A DNA stretch of 64,000 nucleotides, from contig NC_058368.1 in NCBI RefSeq assembly GCF_018350175.1, positions 34,040,001 through 34,104,000 of the forward strand. The letters run 5' to 3'. Positions 25,301-37,385 of this stretch are shown one piece after another (positions within the stretch are counted from its first letter, which is position 1; every line of letters starts with the position of its first letter). A program made the position numbers and the translations under genes. This DNA comes from Felis catus. Taxonomy: Eukaryota. The notes beneath the pieces are model-generated. The model ran no database searches, was not told where the DNA came from, and worked only from the letters and a program-made list of their open reading frames with translations.

Positions 25301-26420
25301 GGAAGTCAATGAGATGCCAAAATCACCCCGCTATAGAGCCACTTGCTTTAAGGGGTGATGCATGATCCAACAGTGATGTTTCAAGGGGTTTCAGCATAAT
25401 TCAGAATGTGGAAAAATTGTCTTAATTCACATCCTCCAAATACCAACCCCTCAAAAAAATCCCACACATTCAAAAAGAATAATTTGATAATACTTTGTCT
25501 TTTAGGTCCTTAAATAACTGAAGTGAAGCACAGACTAAGAATTTATAGAAATTTTTGTAAGAAAGTCAAAAAGTTCTAAAAATTGTTTACCGATGAACTA
25601 AAAAAAATCAGTAACGAAAAAACCTTTTCATTAAATGTTAATGATAAAAGATCTTTTCATGAAAGTTCAAAGTAGTGAGAATCAGTGTTAGTTATACCTA
25701 TACCAAAGTAAACATTAAAGAGACATATCATGCAATTTTAAAGAATGCTTTCATATTACTTCTTAACCTTACATACGTATCCTTATTGCAGTCAATATAC
25801 AAAGATTGGCTCACTACTCCATGAATTAATTGAATTCCTAGTTGGGAAATTGACTCTGTTTCATTTTCCTGAGATTTTGTAAAACATGACTTCCCTTTAA
25901 AGGATTTAGGCAGTGCTCAATTTAAAAAATGACACCAGAAAAAAAGTCATGTAGTAATAGGGCAGTATGCTTTATTAGAACTAGGTTAAAAGCTGTTTGT
26001 TGCCTAATGGAGTAGAAGTTGCTGAGGTCAACAAGTAGACTGAGGTCTGGCATAATATATGCCCACTCATTATTGTCTAATTATATTCTTTTGACAACAG
26101 ACAGCATTTATCACAGCATTAATTCAAATGAGAGTTTTGGCTATCAAGATGTGTTGATTTGAAACATAATTGAATGAGACCTGATTAAAGTCTGACTTTC
26201 CTGGCCCCAGTGTTTTGCAGGTTGGCTATTCCCATTCATCAGCCCCATCACTCCATAAGGTTCTTAGCTGCACCAAGCGATTGGTGAACAAGGACAACAA
26301 CAACAAAAGCAGCATACATTGTATGGATTTATCTCAACGCTATTGTTTAATGGCTGTGTTTAATGTGACCTATCTGGAAAATGAGGACTCCGAATAAAAA
26401 GCTATTACTAATAGCGGTGT
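22382..26420 (+). other. PCDH17: PCDH17 long 3'UTR (3' end approximate)
   Basis: Follows the stop codon, AU-rich, no recognisable transposon. AATAAA at 26393-26398 is followed by GGTGTTG; an L2 fragment appears at about 26870. Confidence 0.7.
26393..26398 (+). terminator. Probable distal polyadenylation signal
   Basis: AATAAA with a GT-rich stretch about 20 nt downstream, near the end of the transposon-free block. Confidence 0.6.
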
Positions 26421-26871
26421 TGCCTTCCCTTGAATTCATTAACACAGAGGTGATGTGCTATACACTGTGTACCACAGGGACACTGATCGTGATTATTTTG
26501 GAAAGCAACTGTGGTATGACAACTGTTTTGACAGTTATTTGTTTGCCGGTAAAATAAGATTTTTGAAAAATCTCTTTGACAGTAATCTCACTGGGTTCTC
26601 GACAGGAATGGGTTAACCATCTTTCAGATAACTTTGCTACTTTGGCTAGTCAGCTGGTTACCACAGAGTCATAGCCTAGATGCTTGTGGCTTCTAATTTT
26701 TACAGTTGGTTTGAAATTAATTTGGGGCAAGAACCGAAAGGATTTCGGAAAAAGTCCCTTTTAAAAACCATCTCATAATCTCACATGATGGGTGAAAACA
26801 CATATTTATAAATAGCATTTTAAAGTCAATATATACTTACCATGGCATTGTAAAATAAGAAGCCTCTCTTT

Positions 26872-26995
26872 CTACTCATTCAACAAACATCGACTGAGTT
26901 CCTACAGTGTGTCTGCCCTGGGCTACTATGCTCCAGAAGCAGACAGTAAACGAAGGAGTGGCCCCTGGGTCACAGTCTTGTGAGTTAAAACAGAT
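26872..26995 (-). mobile_element. L2 3'-end fragment
   Basis: CTCATTCAACAAACATCGACTGAGTTCCTACAGTGTG resembles the reverse-complement L2 terminus. Confidence 0.65.
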
Positions 26996-28066
26996 GGGTA
27001 AGTTCTAATGCACCTTGCTCTTTATAACTTGGATGTAGTTGTTTGCATTTCTCCCTAGTTTCTCCACATATTCCTTATTTCTACCGTCTCATTCTCCGTG
27101 AATGACATCTCCTAAATTAAAAAGAAAAACACAATAATCTGCCCAATTGGATTTTTCTTTTAATTTTCTTCTGACAGCATAATACATATCAAAAAGGGTG
27201 CACAGCTTGTCCACATCTCAGATCTTTATGGTTTTAGGCTTATTGGGATAGACTAAATGGCTTACCTATTCTTTCCTTTGCTCATTTATTTGTTGAATTC
27301 TGTTTCTTTCATTGAGCACCACTGAAGTGTTATACAAGGACCCTAAGTTACAAAGAACGAAGCCAATTACAATATGTTGCCTTCAGGGTACTTGTACTTT
27401 GTGCCTAGGTGGCATAGACTACCATAGGAATTGACCTTATGATGCCTTGACATTACCTTTTCATAACGACAATCATTTCTCTTTTAACGAATCACAGAAT
27501 CCCTACGCCTACCATGCCGTTCATTGCTTTCAAGTGTGAGCGGAGAGCAACCTGTCAATTGACTCACCAGTCTAACCAGGGTTGAGGGACCAGAGTCATT
27601 CAGATGAAGAATCCTGTCTGGCTATATGCCGCAATTAGAAGAGAGTCAGGAATGGGGCACATAATATAGGCTTCTTCCACGCCGCTAAAGTATCAAGTCC
27701 TCAAACTGTTATGCTTTTTAAAGTAAATGTGCCCACAAAATACAATTATTTGACACTTGTTGAGAACAATGCTTTGTAGGATATAAAGAGAATGAATTCT
27801 TAAAGGTCACTATAGCATCAATATAGCACACAGAAATTGATCAGCGAGTTAATGGACCATCCTCAAACTCTTTATTACATGTTTTGGGAGATTCTTGCAC
27901 ATGGTTCACCAATCCTTTTCTGTTAATTTTAGACATGAATGGTACTGAATATCCCATTGGACATTAGGGATTATATTCTCAGTATTCTCAAAAGAGGGTG
28001 CAGCTTCTTTTACTGTTTCAGAGAGAATAATCAAATACTTCAGAGAGTTATCAAAAAGTAACTTTA

Positions 28067-28262
28067 GGGGCACCTGGGTGGCTCAGACAGTTAAGCATCC
28101 TACTCTTGGTTTTGGCTCTGGTCATGATCTCACAGTTTGTGGGTTCAAGCCCCACATTGGGCTCTGTGCTGAGTGCAGAGGCTGCTTGGGATTCTCTCTC
28201 ACTCTCTCTCTGCCCCTTCTGCTCTCTCTCTCTCTCTCTCAAAATAAATAAATAAAATTTGA
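28067..28262 (+). mobile_element. Can-SINE
   Basis: GGGGCACCTGGGTGGCTCAG head, (CT)n, AAAATAAATAAA tail. Confidence 0.95.
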
Positions 28263-28809
28263 AAAAAAACTTCATTTATTAAAACTACTTTAAGTGGTAA
28301 TGAGTATCTTACAAGGACTAATTAAAAAAGGGAAGATTTCAGTGACGTTTTACAGATTTTATATCATAGAAGTTGACTTCTCACTCATTCGGTCAAGATA
28401 TGTATTCCCCTTTTTGTCTTACAAGTAAAAGATTTCACTTTGAGAGGAACGTTTCCCTCAAACTTTCCTCCCTCAAACATTCGCTCCCTTTTTTTCTTAT
28501 ACATATTACATTACCTATAGCATTTTTATCAACTAAGTTGTGATTATGACTTATATTTTAAAATCCACTTCCTGAAGTAATGTTACTCAGTCAAATTATT
28601 TCATATATTTTCAAAGATTGCTGAAAACAAACAAAACCAAGTTTGGAATTCTCATTGTTTACCTTATACAGATTATCATTATATTTTGTTTAAAATATTG
28701 GTATTCAATACTACTTATGTGAAAATCACGCTTGCTTTCCTAAGGGTTTACAGGATCGGGCAAGGCAAATAAAAGAATAATTACACAAGCCTAAATTAAT
28801 ACTGATAAA

Positions 28810-28990
28810 TTCTGTTTCCAATTCACAGAGCACTTTCACAAATCTATAGGACATTAAGGAATTAAGGATTCTGTAACTCAGAATGGTAAAAGGACTTATC
28901 CAATGGCAATTCGCTCAGAGGCTTAAACCCACACCGAAACCAAAAGTACAGTTCTGCTGTTCCAGATTTTGTGCATGCTGCAATCCTGCC
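28810..28990 (-). mobile_element. MIR fragment
   Basis: AGCACTTTCACA...AACTCAGAATGGTAAAAGGACTTATCCAATGG resembles the MIR core. Confidence 0.5.
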
Positions 28991-29829
28991 CTAACATCTT
29001 TCCTTTTTAGTATCTTAAGGTTATGGTCTGAAAAAATTAAATTATGCCGGCAATATGCCTTCTCCTTTAAATTGGCAGTCATATAATTTAGATAGTGTCT
29101 ATGTTAATAGTTCATAATAGTATTAAATAATTTGAAAAGTAGGGAATCGGGATTATAGTCTCCAAAAAAACAAAAAGATATCATAGAAATCATGCCATTC
29201 TTAATATTGCTCTCAAGTTTTTGTTACTGTCTGTAAAAAGGTTTCATAACATTGGTGGTATGTTCTCCAAAATATTCTGGAGAAATATGCAATATTAATT
29301 TTTCTCGAACTTGGTAGTCTCACCTAGAAACAATCACAGAGGCTTTACTGCATTCCTTTGTATCATGAAGTTTTGTATATGCTAAGCCAATAAGACTACT
29401 TATTGGTTTCTTATAAATAATTCCATAAACTATTAATCTTGATGTGAAATTTTTAATACAACACCCACGAATATGGATTAATATGCATGTATAAAGGTAT
29501 CAGAGTCAACTAACTTCAAAAGCCAGTATCACAAAACAAAGGTGAGAAGGAATTTAAGCGGTAACAATATGGCAAAGTGATGAACACCTATTTTTTTTTA
29601 TTTATGTCTTGCCACATCCACATTCAATAGAATATTGTATCATTGGTTTCTTCAGTGACCAGATGAAAAAGTGAGGTTGCAATTGCTAAAAGAGTCATTT
29701 TCAGGCTGGTTAATCGAAAGTGAAGTTGTTCTGATTCTGCCTGGATTATTTTATCAAAATGTTTCACATCTCTCTTTACAATTTACAGAAAACCAACTTT
29801 ATTCTCAAGAGGTCCAGAAATAAATTTTT

Positions 29830-30038
29830 ATTTTATTTATTTTATTTTTCAATGTTTATTATTTGAGAGAGAGAAAGAGAGAGAGAAAACAGGGGAAGGG
29901 CAGAGAAAGAGAGGGACAGAAGATCCAAAACAGACTGTTGAGAGCAGAGAGCCCGATGTGGGGCTCAAACTCAGGAGCCATGAGATCATGACCTGAGCTG
30001 AAGTCAGATGCTCAACCGACTGAGCCACCCACATGCCT
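29830..30038 (-). mobile_element. Can-SINE
   Basis: TSD AGAAATAAATTTT at 29816 and 30041. Confidence 0.94.
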
Positions 30039-31020
30039 AGAGAAATAAATTTTAACTTCCCTTTACCACTAATCAGCTATTTTACATTTTGAAAATCTAA
30101 ATTCAAATACATGTGATGTAATATTCATTGGCTTTATTGATCTGCTGAATATTTCGGTATTACCTCTTTAGCATTATTAAAACATTTTCATACTATTCTT
30201 TCTTGCATTGCAGTTGAGAGACTACATCTTTAAGGTAATAGTTTGCTTTGAGATAACATTGTTAAGCTTTCATCCTCTCCTTTTTAACATTAGATTTTTG
30301 TCTATATTTGTAGTATCAAACATTCAATATTAATCTGCTGTCTTACATGTGATTGTTCGCTTATTTTCATCATAATTTCGTAATTTTCTCTCAATCTATT
30401 ATTTAGTCTTTTTCATCTATTTTCCATTAAATGTATATATATACATCTCCATGGCTATGGACCAATTATGGAGTAGTGAATAACTACTTCAAGTAGAATG
30501 TGTCCAAGCTGCTTTTATTAACCTATAAGAAAACTGATAATATTTTTTAGATGTAACCTACATGGAGTGTTAAAATTGACAAAATGCAAAATGCATACTA
30601 AAATATAACAGAAGTATGAACAGGATGCAGAATCTTACTTAAAAATCTTTATGCAAGACTGCCAAGCTATTTCATTGAAAGGTTGAAAAAGAGATAGAAA
30701 GTGAATAATCTTATGCTATTATTATTAATTCCTATACGTTATGAAATCCTCATTTTAACATCTCATGTGAAATGTTTGGCTTTGACTGAAGATAAGAAAA
30801 GACCGTTACCTCTGAGATTATATGTCTATGATTTCTCAATCTGCATTTATTCCCCACTTACCTCTGATATTTAACTATTATACATATTTCATCATTTCTT
30901 TCATTTTGGATAAGTACTAGAATTTACTTTCTGTTCAATGTCCAAGAGGAGGAAAGGAAATAAATGAATTGGTCAAACGTGGCTTCTCTGGTGATTTTCC
31001 GCCTTAGAATGTGACATCCC

Positions 31021-31700
31021 AATTCAATTCAACACTGATTTGCGGAGCATGTATTGTGTTTTCGAATACAATTGAGCATACAGATATTAACAAAGGATAG
31101 TCTCTGTCTCTATGGAATTTAAGATATACTAGGAAATGAAGATATTTACACAAATACAGATTTTAGTTGGTAAACGAGTGAGGTCAGGGGAAGGAATCGG
31201 AGAAGCTTCTTGGAGAGAACAGCATTTGAACTGAGCATTTAAGGGGCACCTGGGTGGCTCAGTTGGTTGCACATCCGACTTCAGCTCAGGTCATGATCTC
31301 GTGAGTTCAAGCCCCGTGATGGGCTCTCTGCTGACAGCTCAAAGCCTGGGGCTTGCTTCAGATTCTGTAACTCTGTCTCTCTCTGCTGCTCCAGTCTCTC
31401 TCTCTCTCTCTCTCAAAAATAAATAAACATTAAAAAAAAAATTAAAAAAATGCAAACTCTGAATTGAGCATTTAAGGTGGGAACGGCTTTTGGCAGGAAA
31501 ATCCATTCGTTGCAGTGTGTGCAAAAACACACATAAATAAAGTCTGGATTTTCTGATTAGAAAGTTAGAAGTGTTGGGAAGGTGGGTTAGGTCGCACTGA
31601 GAATTGTAGTGAATGCTGAGTTTAGGAGATGCCACGTGAATGCCTAGTCCAAGGAAGAAGAGGCTCGAAGCCACCTGAATTAGGTTCACCAGCTGGGAGA
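31021..31700 (-). mobile_element. L2 fragment interrupted by a SINE
   Basis: ATTCAATTCAACAC...GTCTCTGTCTCTATGGAATTTA...GCATTTGAACTGAG, typical antisense L2 3' region. Confidence 0.6.
31243..31460 (+). mobile_element. Can-SINE
   Basis: TSD GAAYTGAGCATTTAA at 31228-31242 and 31461-31475. Confidence 0.94.
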
Positions 31701-32269
31701 GTTCTGTGAAAGGCCTGCCAAGTAGAAAGCGAATTTAGGAAAATAACACTGGGACAGCTTGCTGCTGCCTGGTGATCCATTCTTTATAAGATGCTGCCTA
31801 ATAGCACCTTGTTCTTGGGGCACATCCAACTATTTAGCGGCAATGCCAACTTTGCTGAATCTTGCAATTCTCAGCTTCAAGCCCTCAGCAGAGTATTTAT
31901 GTGTATATTTCCAACTTCCCAGAAATAATTCTTCCTTTGAAATCTGTAATCATGTTTGAAGGTTTGGGAGGCAAAAAGAGTCAGAAGAGAAAGACGAAGA
32001 TTAAGAGCATGGGTGATATCATCCCCCGGAAAAGTGTTTTTTTCACGTGTCCAAATTCTCCAGGCATCTCCTGGTTATTGCAGTATGAATGCTGTGAGGC
32101 AGAATAATTCTATTCCTAAGAATTTTTGTCTACGTCTGTTGTCCCAGGAACCCCCAGGGCTGATCTAAGTATCCTATCTTATTGCTTCCATAATGTTCTA
32201 TGCATATCAGTAGAGGAATGTATAATTATTGATTATTTAGACACTGAAATAGGAAATCATGACTTAGAT

Positions 32270-32472
32270 TAGTGCTTCCCAACTGGGGGCAGTTTTGTCT
32301 CCCATGGACATTTGGCAATATCTAGATACGGTTTGGGTTGTCAGGAGGTAAGGGAGTAGGGTTGCTATGGTTGCTTACCAGCCACCAATATCCTGTTTTG
32401 CACATTACAGACTTCCACAGCAAAGATTTACCCCATAAAAAATGACAGTAATGCCCAGGTTGAGAACTCCTG
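32270..32472. mobile_element. hAT-Charlie MITE (MER20-like)
   Basis: GGACATTTGGCAATATCTAGA...GTTGAGAACTCCTG; degenerate 8-bp TSD ACTTAGAT/CCTTAGAG. Confidence 0.8.
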
Positions 32473-33546
32473 CCTTAGAGAGAAAGGATGCAGTTAAGAA
32501 AAGAGGAGTGAACAACATTAGGCTTTGCATAATGGGTACTGAAAACTAAATGGATTGACAAGTCTTCTCCCATAGTTTTAAGGAAAATCCTGGAAAGTCT
32601 TCTGAATTACTTAGCATAAGGACTTACGTTCAACTTTTTGTGGGTCTAGTCTGCTCTGGAGGGTGGCAGCGGTGGTGTCTTTTTCCAGATGAAAGAATGA
32701 TCTCAGATTCTAATCAATACCAATAACACATATATTGGGAGAATTTCCATGGAATGAAAGGAAAGGCGTTTCTTGGGATAGCTGTTTACTTTACTCCTCC
32801 TGAAGCAGCCTGAAGCTGATTTCCTAAGAAGGACAGGCAAAACAAAATCCCCTAGCTGGGAAGGGAGAGAAAGAGTCTGCCTCTGGGACCATCTTGAGGA
32901 TCTAGTCTACTGTTGCCTTACAGGTCCATTGGCATGATCAACTTATCCTCTAGCCTCAAGTCGCCTGTCCTTAATGTGTATGTAGAATCTTCTATCACGG
33001 CACTGGGAGTTGGGGGGAGCCTGGTACTAGAAAAGGTGATGATGGGAGGGGGTGGCAGATCAAGGGATGGCAGGGTTCTAGAAGCTGGGTGACCATAAAT
33101 ATGCTTGGATGCTGTAGAATGAATGTCGCTATTGATCTCTTAGGCATCTTCCTACCATAAATACTGATTTTAATTCTTTCAAAGTAATATGCGGAATGCC
33201 AAAAAATGTCAGACTGACTTTCTAAATGAGGTGAGGGGAAGGTTAGAGCAAATGGTTCCTTAAAAGTTTTATTTCTCTTGACACATTCTGTTTTACCCAT
33301 CTGTAATGCAAGGTGGGCGGTTCCAATGCACATTTTATGAATTTGAACTTGAAATGACTCTGGTTTAAAAATAATAATGATAATGTGTTGAAAGGGTGAC
33401 AGGAACTCCAGTGGCAAAGTTGAAAGTCTGCACATTGACAGGCCAATTAATGTAAATAGTAATTACCATAGCCAATCCACATTTGAGATATTATTTGGTA
33501 TAACTTGCCTAGATGTGCCTTACGTGTGTTGAAAAATAAGGTTATT

Positions 33547-33757
33547 GGGGCGTCTGGGTGTCTCAGTCGGTTAAGCGTCCAACTCTTGATTTCAGCTCAG
33601 GTCATGATCTCAAGGTTTGTGAGATCGAGCCCTGCATCCAGCTCTGCTCTGACAGCCCAAAGCCTACTTAGGATTCTCTCTCTCTCTCTCTCTCTCTCTG
33701 CCTCTCCCTCACTCTCTCTCTCCCTCAATATAAATAAATAAACATTAAAAATTTAAA
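33547..33757 (+). mobile_element. Can-SINE
   Basis: Head, (CT)n and tail; TSD AAAATAAGGTTATT/AAAATACAGTTATT. Confidence 0.94.
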
Positions 33758-35199
33758 AAAATACAGTTATTATACACTGTAGTGAATGCTGGCGCTACCA
33801 ACGGACCAGGAACGTGCTGGAAACCACTCGAAAGACAGAATAGAAAACCACAACCACACCCCCCGCCCCCCACCACCCAGGAGACTTCCTTCCAGTGGAA
33901 ACTCAGTCACCAACTCAGCTCATATACAAACTTGCTGTGTTTTATTTATGCTGGAATCTCTCCATATTAAAAAGCAATATAATTGCTGAAATACCACTAC
34001 TGTTCAAGCTAATTTACTTCCTAATGGTCTATTTGCATAGTGGAATTTGCATTTTATTTCACAGCAAATGTTATAACTCCACCTGCCCTATTTTAGATAA
34101 AACACCAAAACCAAGAGATAAAATAGAAACCGTTAAAGGAGAGAATGAATATAAGAACCGTCTCACTCATCCATCCTTGCCTGGCAACACTGAACCCAGC
34201 AGCCAGAAGAGGACATGAGAAATCCTGATATTTTCTAACCTCACAGCTAGTGTACTGGCTTTCTGTTTCAATCTTCTCTCTCTGTGTCTTTGCTGCTGCA
34301 GTTCAATAAAGGTAATTTCCACAGGTGACACTGAACCATACAGAGTTCATTTTGAGGCTATATTCATTTTGAGAAATGTTAAAGACAAGTGAGGAGTTAC
34401 ATGCAGACGTGGAATGTCTTTCCAAACTTCGACAACGCTCCTGGTTGTTTGACTTATATTGGCCTCAGACACACAGGGGATGCAAACTTACACCACAGCC
34501 TAATATAACAAAGCACTGCCTTCTGACCCCATTCTGTGATCCAGAGCCTGAAATTTGGGAATATATTTTCCTTTCCTCATTGAAGCACACGCATCTTTAT
34601 GTATATAAATATATTCTTTTTTTCATGCTTCAAGGTTCATATCCTAGGGTGACAGCTGCCATTTTAAAGGTGACTCATTACAGTCATTTAGAGAGTCCCC
34701 TAACAGATGGATAGGACTTTGTTTCCCAGGGAACACTGACAGGTTACAATTCTCAACAGCTTTTAATCATTTCAGCAAACTATACACATCTGTCAATTAC
34801 CCTATTTGGTAACGTTAATAATACAGCAATCTGAGGGTGACAAAGTGCTGGGTTTAAAAAAGAAATTATTCCATAACATTTTTACATAAAGAGAAAAATG
34901 TAGGCCAAAATATATTCAATAGCTTATTTTTTAATCTGTAGGAAAAGACTCCTTTTATTTTCCATAATAAATTTCATATTGATGTTATTATTCAGAAGAA
35001 TCCTTAAGAGCTTCATAAATAAAAGCATTAGGGAGAAAACAATGAACATATGAAGAATAAAACAGAAAAAAAAAGATTTTAAAGCACGTAATTAAGCAAA
35101 GTCGTTTTTCTCTTTGAAAACTTTAATCATTGCATAATAAAGGTTCCCAGATGAGTGAAAATGGAACTATTTCCAGTTACAAATGTACAGAAAGGAATA

Positions 35200-35660
35200 G
35201 AGGATGGTAGTTAAAGTCAAGGGCTGAGCAGGTGAACTGCCTCAATTAGAGCCATAACTCTCTTCCATGACTCTAGCTACGTGACCTTATATCAGGAGTG
35301 GGCAAACAATAGCCTTTGAGCCAAATCCATCCCTCCAGCTTAGTTTTGTAAATAAAGATTTATTGGAAGCCAGGCACACTAACTCATTTCCGTATCGTCT
35401 ATGGCTGTTTTGCAGTACAACAGCAGAGTTGTGTGGTTAGGAATACACTGTATGTCCCACAAAACAGAAAATCTTTACTCTCTGGCCCTTTCCAGAGGGT
35501 ATTTGCCAGTGCCTGAATTATGTAACCACTATATATTTCAGTTTCTCCATCTGTAAAATGGGAATCAATGAGACAATTGTAAAGAAATAAATGAGATGTT
35601 ACATAGAAAGCTTAGAAGCACTTTGGACACATAGTAAACTCTCAATGAATGCCACCCATT
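35200..35660 (+). mobile_element. MIR split by a MER58A-like insertion
   Basis: CTAGCTACGTGACCTT precedes the insert and TCAGTTTCTCCATCTGTAAAATGGG follows it. Confidence 0.75.
35293..35515. mobile_element. hAT-Charlie MITE (MER58A-like)
   Basis: Terminal inverted repeats CAGGAGTGGGCAAAC and ATTTGCCAGTGCCTG; internal TTTTGTAAATAAAGATTTATTGGAA. Confidence 0.85.
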
Positions 35661-36013
35661 GTTGCAATGGACTCTTCCTGGTACTATAAATCCACCCACG
35701 CATAACCACAATAGAGTCTGAAAATCTTCCTGAAGGTCTTTGTCAGACGAATTATTCTAAAACAAAACACAACAACAACAATAACAAAGCAGTTCGAGGG
35801 TTTCCTGTTTATTGTAGTTTCCCCGCCATTACAGGCAACCATATTTCTCGCACATGAATAGCAAGCAAGCCACTTAACCACTCACCACTACTCCACCAGA
35901 ACCCTGGACTCCTTTACCTTGTTTGCTATGAGCTTTCAGAAGTATGTAGTCCATGGTCAAATGCTTCTCAGTAAAGTTAAACAAGTGGCAGCTGGCACCA
36001 TACAGCTCTCTTA

Positions 36014-36169
36014 TAATGAAAACATGAGGTGGCTGCCATTACACAGTCCTGCACTAATGAGAACAGTGGGAGGCTAGCATTACAATGGTCTAATGAAAAC
36101 AGGAAATGGCTGGCATTAAATTGGTATAATAAAAACAGGAGGTGGCTAGCATTACACTGGTAGAATAAA
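36014..36169. repeat. Degenerate 36-bp tandem repeat, about 4.2 copies
   Basis: Units start at 36014, 36055, 36091, 36127 and (partial) 36163; consensus approximately TAATGAAAACAGGAGGTGGCTAGCATTACACTGGTA. Confidence 0.9.
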
Positions 36170-36975
36170 TAAATTAAGACATGTCAGGACGCCCCAATCT
36201 CATCTCCATTATATATGACCATGGTACCCACAATTTAGACCAGATCCACTCCCAGTCAAACCAGTGTGGGATGGAAATAAGACTTGTTTTTTTCATACTG
36301 TGCTTCAAAAGTTTCTTCTGTTTCAATTTGTGTTTCCCTTAGGCTAATGCAAGCGTGTTGTAAAATAACGATATAATTTACATTGAGATCTTTTTTTTCC
36401 CCTCTTAATTCCAAAAAAAAGTAACATACTTTCTGACTCAGAAGAAGATGGCTAGAATAAAAGCCAACAATTCAAAAGGAGTTTCTAATTTAGTCCTTGC
36501 CTTTTCCTCTCCTTTCTCTTCTAAGTATCCAATGGTGACTAAAGACGCAGAGTTGCATAAAACACACTAAAAAGAAGCACAGAAACAAAATCAAACGCAG
36601 TAGAGAAAAAAAAAAAAGAACACAATCCATCATTTAACTAATGGATTCCTCCCCCCCCCCAACTCCAGAACAAAAGGTAGGGATTTCTCATATATTGAGT
36701 GACATAAAAACTATATATATATTAGTATAGATGTGTACATCTTGTGTACATCTCTCACACAATAGATTTACAAGAACTTTACGTTTTATTCTACATCACA
36801 GAGCCAGCTGTATCTGATTCATCCTGGTCTTTTTAATCTGGGCTGAAAACAGAGCAAGTTGGCACAGTTCAAGGTCAGCACATTAAGACAGCACATCTAT
36901 CCTCTATCACTCAGTGCTCCAACACCCATGAAAAAAACACCTACGTTAGTAACTGTAAAAAAAAAAAAAATGTTT

Positions 36976-37166
36976 GGGACGCCTGGGTGGCTCAGTCGGT
37001 TAAGCATCTGACTTGGCTCAGGTCATGATCTCCGGGTTTATGAGTTCCAGCGCCTCACCAGGCTCTGTGCTAACAGCATGGATGTGGACAGGAGCCCACT
37101 TCGGTGTCTCTATCCTTCTCTCTCTCAGCCCCTTCCCACCTGTCTCTTTAAAATAAATAAAGATTA
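36976..37166 (+). mobile_element. Older Can-SINE (host of a nested insertion)
   Basis: GGGACGCCTGGGTGGCTCAG head; outer TSD AAAATGTTT recurs at about 37413. Confidence 0.9.
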
Positions 37167-37385
37167 GGGGCGCCTGGGTGGCTTGGTTGGTTTTGCGTCC
37201 GACTTTAGCCCAGGTCATGATTTCACGGTCCGTGAGTTTGAGCCCCGCATCAGGCTCTGTGCTGACAGCTCAGAGCCTGGAGCCTGTTTCCGATTCTGTG
37301 TCTCCCTCTCTCTCTGCCTCTCCCCGTTCATGTTCTGTCTCTCTCTGTCTCAAAAATAAATAAACGTTAAAAAATTTTTTTTAAA
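37167..37385 (+). mobile_element. Younger Can-SINE inserted in the tail of the previous SINE
   Basis: TSD AAATAAAGAYTA at 37155-37166 and 37386-37397. Confidence 0.93.

Noticed and set aside
33044..33075. G-quadruplex
   Set aside because: One loop is 11 nt, it is intergenic, and there is no supporting context.
32995..33435. 146-aa minus-strand ORF
   Set aside because: No recognisable homology or exon context; compatible with chance.
36014..36169. CRISPR-like array (36-bp periodicity)
   Set aside because: Units are directly adjacent with no unique spacers, there are no cas genes, and the context is mammalian. It is a degenerate minisatellite.
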